Positions 56,230-64,000 of a DNA stretch of 64,000 nt are shown in pieces. Source of the stretch: the human T2T-CHM13v2.0 reference genome, Homo sapiens; assembly GCF_009914755.1 (NCBI RefSeq), contig NC_060926.1; one strand, given 5' to 3'. The position numbers and the translations under genes are program-made. The notes beneath the pieces are model-generated. The model was given only the letters and a program-made list of their open reading frames with translations. It ran no database searches and was not told the DNA's origin. Each line of letters opens with the position of its first letter. Positions within the stretch are counted from its first letter, which is position 1.

Positions 56230-56905
56230 TCTCTTGCTCTCTATCTGCCCCTCCCATTGGCATTTGCCCAATTATCTGCCACGTTAAAACCACAGCTCCA
56301 GCTCCTGCCTTAGCTCCCTCTCCCATCCACAACAACTCATTGGAAGCACACACACTGGCTGTCTTTCCTTCCTCTCCCTTACTTTTTCTTCAGTCCATGG
56401 TAGCGTGGCTTCTGTCCCCACCACTTTCCTGAAACTGCTCTCTCCAAGGACCCCAAAGGCCTCTCCTTATTGCCAACTCTGAGTTCAGCAGCTTATGGTT
56501 CTGTCTCTTCATCTTTGTTTATATTTTTTTTGTAGGGAGAGGAGTCTCACTATGTTGCCCAGGCTGGTCTCAAACTCCTGGACTCAAGCAATCCTCCCAT
56601 GTGGGCCTCCCAGAGAGCTGGGATTACAGGCATGCACCACCATGCCCAGCCCTGTCTCTCCATCTTGAAATGCTCCTTTTCCTAGCTTTTCCTAGCTTCT
56701 CCATACAACCCACCTGGAGCTGGATCCTACCCTCTGGCTGCCCCTTCTCCTTCTCTACTGTGGGCCCTCTTCAGAAGTCTATTATTGACTCTCCTCTTTT
56801 TCTTTCTTAATGTGCTCTCTCCTAAGTGATCTCATCCACATCCATGGCTTCAGTGATTCAAGAATCTTTATCTACAGCCCAGACCTCTCCCCTGAGCTTT
56901 GGACC
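56230..56905 (+). mobile_element. L2 with nested antisense FLAM (56517-56651)
   Basis: L2 'tggcttctgtccccaccactttcctgaaactgctctc' and 'tacagcccagacctctcccctgagc'; FLAM TSD ctgtctctYcatctt. Confidence 0.8.
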
Positions 56906-57419
56906 TATACATTCATTCTTTCATTCAATCATTCATTCATTCACCCACTACACAGACTGAGCACCTACCATGGGCCAGGCACTGTTCTCAGGAACAAAAC
57001 AGATCTAGTTTCTAACAATGTAGTGGAGACAAACAGTGCATAAGAAAGCAAGATCTCCCCATGCAAGGTAAGTGCCACCAGAGTGATAGGCTAGTGTGAG
57101 TGGGGGTCAAGAAGGCTGCATCAGTTTGGCTTAAAGCAGGAAGCAGAGCCACTGTGAGTGTTAAAAGATGGGGGCATTGGTTAAAAATAAGACAGTATGC
57201 AATTGTGGGGAATGCTTGGGGAGCAAAGGTCCTACATGGGCAGTTAGAGGATCAGAAAAATGTCACTTTTAAGCCCCCCTGAAGCCAGACATGCCCGGCC
57301 AGAAATGGGAGCTGAGGAAAGTCGGTAGAGAAGTCTATGGAAGGCTGTTTCCTCTATACCTGGTGCTGCAGGGCTGAAAGTAGAGAGTAACTCAGGGATC
57401 CATCGGCTCTCAACAGGAT

Positions 57420-58036
57420 TAGGGCAGTTTCCTAAGTGGTCTGCCTGACACTACTTTTATCCTCTTCCAATATGTCCTTCACAGCGCAGCCTGAGCAATC
57501 TTTCTAAAATGCAGAACCAGCCATGCCAGGCCGTTTCTTAAAACCCTTCTGCTCCCATGACCTTCAAGACACTGCTCAGACTCCTCTGCAAGGTTTCTGT
57601 GGCTGACGGGCCCATCATGACTCTGCCTCCCACCCAATGCTTGATTTCTGCCTCTAATACCACTGCCCCTGTCTGCGTTCAGTTCGGCTGTCCAGATCCT
57701 CGGTAGAGAAAACTTACTTCAGCCTCTCACACTCGCGCTCTCATCCAGACCTCAGGACACTCCTTGTCCTCTCACATTCTTTTCCTGGCCAATTCTCACT
57801 CATCCTACAGGACTCAGCTTAGACTCCTCCTCCTGTAGGAAGCTTCTATGACACCCACCCCACACACATCTGGGCCCTTCCCACATGCTCCCCCAGATCC
57901 CAAATGTCCTCTCTTGGTCCTTGGAGCTGGGTACCTGTGGGTTCGCTTGTCCATGTGCCTCACTGACTGCAAATGCCAGGAGGAAAGAGCTCATGCCTGG
58001 GGCGCTGTAGGTGCTTGATAAATATTTGCTGAATTA
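57420..58036 (+). mobile_element. L2 with 3' end
   Basis: 'gcagcctgagcaatctttctaaaatgcaga...gtaggtgcttgataaatatttgctgaatt'. Confidence 0.75.
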
Positions 58037-59177
58037 ACAAAGGTTTATAAGAACTGTGCAAGAAATCATACAATAATTATTCCATAATGTTCATGTAAAA
58101 AGCAGAATACAAATTTTGTGTATTGTAAGACTGTGATTTGTAAAATAGATAGAAGAAAAATACATGTACAGTAAAATAAAAGGGAGGGGTGGAAGGAACT
58201 AGATGAAACTGTTAATAAAGTTTTCCCTCTGGCTGGTGGGGCTATGAGTAACTTTTCCTTCTACATTTTACTTTCATATTGTTCTTTAAAGTTAAAAAAA
58301 AAATTAACCATTAAATTTTTTTCAAAAGCAATAAATTGCTCTCTTACCACCCAATCCTATTTTTACATTCACATTCCTTCCTAACCACATTTGTTCTATA
58401 CTTCCTAGAATGAAGATCTCTGTCTTGGACAGAGAAAGCCAAATTTTTCCTTTCAGTAGGAGTTGACTGACCTGTCTTCTCTTTGTCATCTGTTCCCAGA
58501 TACCATCTGCCAGAAAACGTGTTCCCATCCTCCCTCATTTTTCTTGCTTTGTATGACAAAAGTAATCATGGGGTTTTAAGTTGTATCAGAACAGCCTACT
58601 GATGGATATTTATAGACTCACAAATGGCCCAGGTGTGGGCACCCAGATCCTGCTTGCAATGACAAGCCTTCCCCAGAATTCCCAAAGGAAATATAAGCAC
58701 AGAAGACAAAATAAAGCAAAGGGGTCCTTTGCTCCCAGCTGGGACTTTGCCCAAGACCCAGTGCAGAAGTGAACCAGGTCTCCCTTGGCCATGCTGCGCG
58801 ATCTTCTCTTCTCCAAGTGAGCCCAGTCTCAGACACTGGAGCTCTTGCCAAGTGAGGAAGGGCAATCCTGAGCACTCCAGCCCAGGGAAGAAGATGAGGG
58901 TACATGATGAAGAGTGTTAGCCCTAAAACCCAGAGCAGCAGTGATCCGGGAGGCCCATTCCAGCAGTGGGAGCATCTACCAGATTTACCCAACTTGCCAG
59001 AGACTGAATCCAGGAGAGAAAGCAGACCATGCCTCTGGCATTAAGGACTAAACTTTGACCTTGAGCATCTTCATTATCACCTTGAGCATCTTCTCTCTAG
59101 TGGCAGCCTGATCCCCCCACTAGAGACCAATACCTAAGACGACTTTTGCATTTTTCCCAAGCCTGAGCTCATTTTGA

Positions 59178-59638
<461 letters not shown>

Positions 59639-59774
59639 ATCTTTGCTTATTTCGTATTGTATCTGTGCTCATCAGAGAATTCCCTGGGAAGCTCTACATG
59701 AAACCATTTGAAATAATTTCTGAATGCCTCCTATTCATCTTAAGGCACCTTCCTTTTATCATTTTTATCATTTC

Positions 59775-61160
59775 AGGCCATGTTAAGACATTTGAACTTG
59801 ATCCTGCAGCAAAAGGGTGACCCTTGAAATTTGCCCTTTAGTAGACAGACTTTGTTGGTTTAGTGCCCTGAAAAGGACAGTCTAGCATCAATAGAAAGAA
59901 TGGGTAGGGTCGGCTGAGAATTGAGGCAGGAGAGTTGCCAGAGGTCATTACGGCAGTTCATTGAGAGACAATAAAATCCTGAACTAGGGCAATTTGAGGA
60001 GATGCATCCAAGGGAGTAGGGGAAGGTTTGAGAGCCATTTCTAAGGGAGAGTTTATAGGGTTAGAGGGGGACGGTTAGAGCAGATGAGGAGTTAAGATTG
60101 TATCTTAAGATTTATAGCTTGGGAAATAAATTAAATGGTGATTACTCCAAATATGTAATGCAGGAGAAATAGATATCTGAGCAAATGATAATGAATTTGA
60201 GATACCCGAAAAGCACTGACATAGTTGGATATTTGTCCCTACCCAAATCTCATGTTGAAATGTCATCACTAATGTTGGAGATAGAGCCTATTGTGAGGCG
60301 ATTGGGTCATGGGGATGGATCTCTCATGAATGGCTTTGTGCTGTCCTCATGATAGTGAGTTCTCAGGAGATCTGGTTGTTGTAAAGTGTGGCTCCTCTCC
60401 CCCATCAACTCTCTCGCTCTTGCTCCTGCCCCCTCCATGTGATGTGCCTGCTCCTGCTTTGCCTTCCACCATGAGTAAAACTCCCTGAAGCCTCCCCAGA
60501 AACCCAGCAGGTGCTGGTTCTGTGCTTCCCATACAGCCTGTAGAACTGTGAGCTAATTAAATCTCTTTTCTTTATAAATTATCCAGCCTCAGGTATTTCT
60601 CTATAGCAATGCAAGAATGGACTAACACAGGCATCCAGGTAGAAATTTTCAATATATGTTTGAAGATATGGGCCTTGGAACTTGGGGTAGAGATTGGGTA
60701 TAGAGATGATATAGATACGGATATACATGTAAGTACGGATACAGATAGAGGTGTAGATATAGATGAAGATGCAAATACAGACAAAATATCAATATAGATA
60801 CATATGAAAGACAGAGATAGAGATAGTCAGATCTAGATATAGCTTAGCACACAATAATTAAAGCCCAAACCAGGATGACTGTTAGAATTTTTCAAGGGAG
60901 AAATAATAGCATTGATGACCACTTAAGTATATGTGATAAGAGGTTGTAAGTAGTTAAAAATGATTTCAAATATTTGAGTCTTGGTGTCTGGAAGGACAGG
61001 GGTTCCATTGACAGAAAGGCAAAAGATCAGGCTGTGTGGGGAAATGATGGCTGGTTTCAGAGTTGTTGAGTTTGGGATAATGGTGAGACATGCAACTAGA
61101 GATGCTAAAAAAGCAACTATGGGATCAGAGTTCTCATTAAGTAAGCCTGGAGATGTAGAA
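59775..61160 (-). mobile_element. L2 fragments interrupted by an MST LTR and a degenerate (ATAGAT)n at ~60700-60840
   Basis: 'gttaagacatttgaacttgatcctg', 'ggcatccaggtagaaattttcaat' and 'gttgagtttgggataatggtgagacatgcaa'. Confidence 0.65.
60217..60629 (+). mobile_element. MSTB-like MaLR solo LTR
   Basis: 'tgacatagttggatatttgtccctacccaaatctcatgttgaaatg' through 'gcaagaatggactaacaca'. Confidence 0.9.
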
Positions 61161-61164
61161 TTTG

Positions 61165-61350
61165 GAATCACAAAACCATAATATGTTAGAGCTGGGAGGA
61201 ATTTTAGACCCTGCCTAATTAAATATCCTCCTTTTGTGGATGAGGAAGTTGAGACCTGGATAGATTAAAGGCTCTTTCCTCACTTACAGAGCCTTTGCTA
61301 GCAGAACCAGAAGTCGAACCCAAGTCTGTCTATACCTAGACCAAAACTTC
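61165..61350 (+). mobile_element. MIR
   Basis: 'ttttgtggatgaggaagttgagacc...gaagtcgaacccaagtctg'. Confidence 0.7.
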
Positions 61351-61429
61351 TGTTACCTGCACAGGGGTGGGCACTGAGAGTATGAAGATAGATATGACAA
61401 CTTTCTGAGAGAAGAGTGCAAGGAGCTGC

Positions 61430-61905
61430 TGTGACATTAAGTCACAGCTCTGAGAGATCTGAAATGGTTAGAACACTTGGTTAAAAGTGACAGAATTTTT
61501 TTTCAAACTAACTCAAAGCACTAAAGAGGACATTCATTGACAAATGTAATCAATCCATAGCAAGAGTAGGAATGGAACTGGCCTCAGGGATAGCTGGATC
61601 AAGATAACAAATACCATGTGGACCGTTTTCTTCATCCATCTCTCTTATCTGTGTGTGAGCTTGATTCTATCAAACTGGTTCTCATACATGATGGGGAACA
61701 TGGTCACGAGCAGACTCTAGGACTCTTCTCCTTACAGCTTTTGACCCCGGAGCGGGGGGATTTGATTGGCCAGCTGGGATCATATACTAATGCCTGATCA
61801 AACTGCTATGATCCAGAAGACATCACGTGGCTGTGGCCAAGAAATTATTTTTCACTGGAAGAGAGGTATAGGAAAAAGGTGCTGAGCAGAAAGAAACAAC
61901 AGACC
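61430..61905 (-). mobile_element. Old MLT1 (K/L-like) LTR
   Basis: 'ctggcctcagggatagctggatcaag' and 'tgattggccagctgggatcat'. Confidence 0.55.
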
Positions 61906-62397
61906 CTCTACTATACTCAACAAAAGCTTTAAACACAGACCAGAAAGCCTGAACATCCGGGGATAAATAACATAAGAGAGTTGAATAAGGGAAGACTGTG
62001 GGTATAGTTAAGTAATTTGTAAGTTGAGATTCTGGAAACCAAACCAGATATCTATCTGCAAAACATGACAAAGAAGGAAAGGAAAATAGGAAAGGATTAG
62101 ATGCACAGAGTGGAAGAGAACAGGAGAGAAAGAAATTAGTATGTCGGGTACCACGTGGAATGCAGTTCATGCTAAATCCAGAAGCCACGCCTAGAAAAGA
62201 GCCAGAAAGAGCTGTTGTTCCTTCAAGGGTAGGAGAACATGGAGAGGGGCCCATGGCTGCCTACATGGGTAGTCGGAAAGGCTGGGTAAGCTAGGGAGAG
62301 GAGCCAGAAGAGAAGCCTGTGGATTAACTTCTCCAGGAAATAGCAGTAATCTTAGGACCCATAAAAGCATGGATCATTGTTTGATAGGGTTACTAGG

Positions 62398-62707
62398 TGC
62401 TATGGTTTGAATGTGTCCCCTCCAATATTGAGATGATGCCAACGTGGTAGTATCAAGAGGTAGGGCCTTTAGGAGGTAATTAGGCTATGAGGGCTCCTTC
62501 TTCATGAATGGAATTAGGTGTCCTTATGAAGGGGCTTGATGGAGAGAGTTGATCCCCTCTGGCCCTTAAGCTTTTCACCATGTGAGGATCTGGCACTTTG
62601 ATCTTGGACTTCCTAGATTTCAGAACAGTGAGAAAATAAGTTTCTGTTCTTTATAAATTACCCAGTCTCAGATATTCTGTTATAGCAACACAAAATGGAC
62701 TAAGACA
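62398..62707 (+). mobile_element. MaLR solo LTR (MSTC/D or MLT1A-like)
   Basis: 'tgctatggtttgaatgtgtcccc' through 'aatggactaagaca'; perfect TSD ctagg at 62393-62397 and 62708-62712. Confidence 0.9.
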
Positions 62708-62744
62708 CTAGGCTAGTGATTAGTAACGTGAGGAGGATATAAAG

Positions 62745-63900
62745 TTGCAAAAATAAAAATAACCTGTAATCACCACTCTCAGAGGGAACAGTATTGCATT
62801 TCAGACAACTGGTTTACGTAAATGCATTTTTTTTTTACTAAAATTGAACCTTATTGTACATATTTTTATAATTTGCCTTTTCACTTAACAATATAATATA
62901 AATATCTTTTCATGCCAATGCTTGTATTTCTACAATATTTTTACTGGCTGCATATACTTTTATTGTATGCCTATGTCATCATTTATTTAACTAATTCCCT
63001 ACTAGGGCAATTTAGGCAATATTCAGTTTCTTATAATTTACTACAGCTAACCATTATACACATGATCCTTAACTTAGGACTTAGAATAAAATTTGGACAT
63101 GTAGTTCCCACTGGAATGTAAATATGTTGTGCCTTTTTTGTTGTTATTTTGCTAGCAACATTCCTTTCCACCTATTGCTGTTAAAAATAATATGTCTAGT
63201 ATTGGGGATATATTATAAGGGTCTCTTTTCAAATATTTGCAAAGCAGATGGGGAGTAAAGGAAAAATACTATACTACATTTTGTAGGTTTTTATTGGGTT
63301 ATTTTACTTTTTATCAATAGGTTCTAAGAATTCTTTAAATATTCTTTTAGAAGTCTTTTGTCAGATATGTGTATTTTAAATATTTACACACAGACACCCA
63401 TCCAGGCTGTGACTTAATTTTTTTATTTTCTTAATGATTTTTTTAAAGAACAGAAGTTTTTAATTTTGATGAAGTTTAATTTTTTGAGTTTTTCTTCTTA
63501 TGATCATGCTTTTATGTCCAAACTAAAAAATATTTGCATACCTCAAAGTGATGAAAATTATCTCCTACGATTTCTTCAAGAAGTTTTATTGCTTTAGCTT
63601 TTACACTTAATTCCCTGATCCACTGTGAATAATGTTTTGTTTATGGTGTGAGGTAAGGGTCAAAGTTCATTTGTTTTTTCACGTGACTATCCACTTGACC
63701 CAGCATCATTTGTTGTAAAGACTGTCCTTTCCCTCACTGAATCAGCTTGTCCTCTTTCTTGTAAGTCAATTGGCAATATACATGTGGGTCTATTACAGAA
63801 GTCTTTATTCTGTGCCATTGATCTATATGTTCATCCTTATGACACTATAATACTGTCTTAATTACTGTTACTTTATAGCAAGTCTTATAGTAAGACACCA
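62745..63900 (-). mobile_element. Old L1ME-like 3' fragment
   Basis: 'ggtgtgaggtaagggtcaaagttcat...cccagcatcatttgttg...ttaattactgttactttatagcaagtctt'. Confidence 0.8.
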
Positions 63901-64000
63901 CCTATTAAATTTTTAACTTTTTGAATTCATAGCTTTCTAAAACTGATTTACCCTGGCAACCAATGTGCTTATTTCAAACTGTATTGAGATAGCTCAAAAT

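Overview
This is primate (human or great-ape-like) non-coding genomic DNA, with no protein-coding gene, RNA gene, CpG island or CRISPR array that I can support. AT-rich, L1-dense blocks (~0.5-14.8 kb, ~46.3-54.0 kb, ~62.7-64 kb) alternate with a GC-richer block of MIR, L2 and unique sequence (~14.8-46 kb). Recognisable elements are old L1M/L1MC copies, a young 5'-truncated L1PA2-type insertion with a perfect TSD, an L1PA15-17-type copy, several Alu/FLAM, MaLR and ERVL LTRs, MER2/MER3/MER5A/MER58A, a near-full Tigger1 and microsatellites. The only ORFs resembling real proteins are broken L1 ORF1/ORF2 and Tigger1 transposase remnants. Repeat subfamily names come from my recall of consensus sequences, and boundaries of old elements are approximate. 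The most unusual features are: (1) a ~263-bp inverted duplication (25907-26170 / 27615-27877) in which 22 of 24 substitutions make the right arm match a neighbouring base; (2) a 52-bp TSD-flanked, A-tailed micro-retroinsertion resembling an ERV1 LTR segment; (3) two oppositely oriented tracts of a degenerate ~24-bp repeat; (4) an AT island dense in HOX/CDX-type motifs; (5) deletion scars at TE junctions. I do not see evidence for a new multi-gene biological system.
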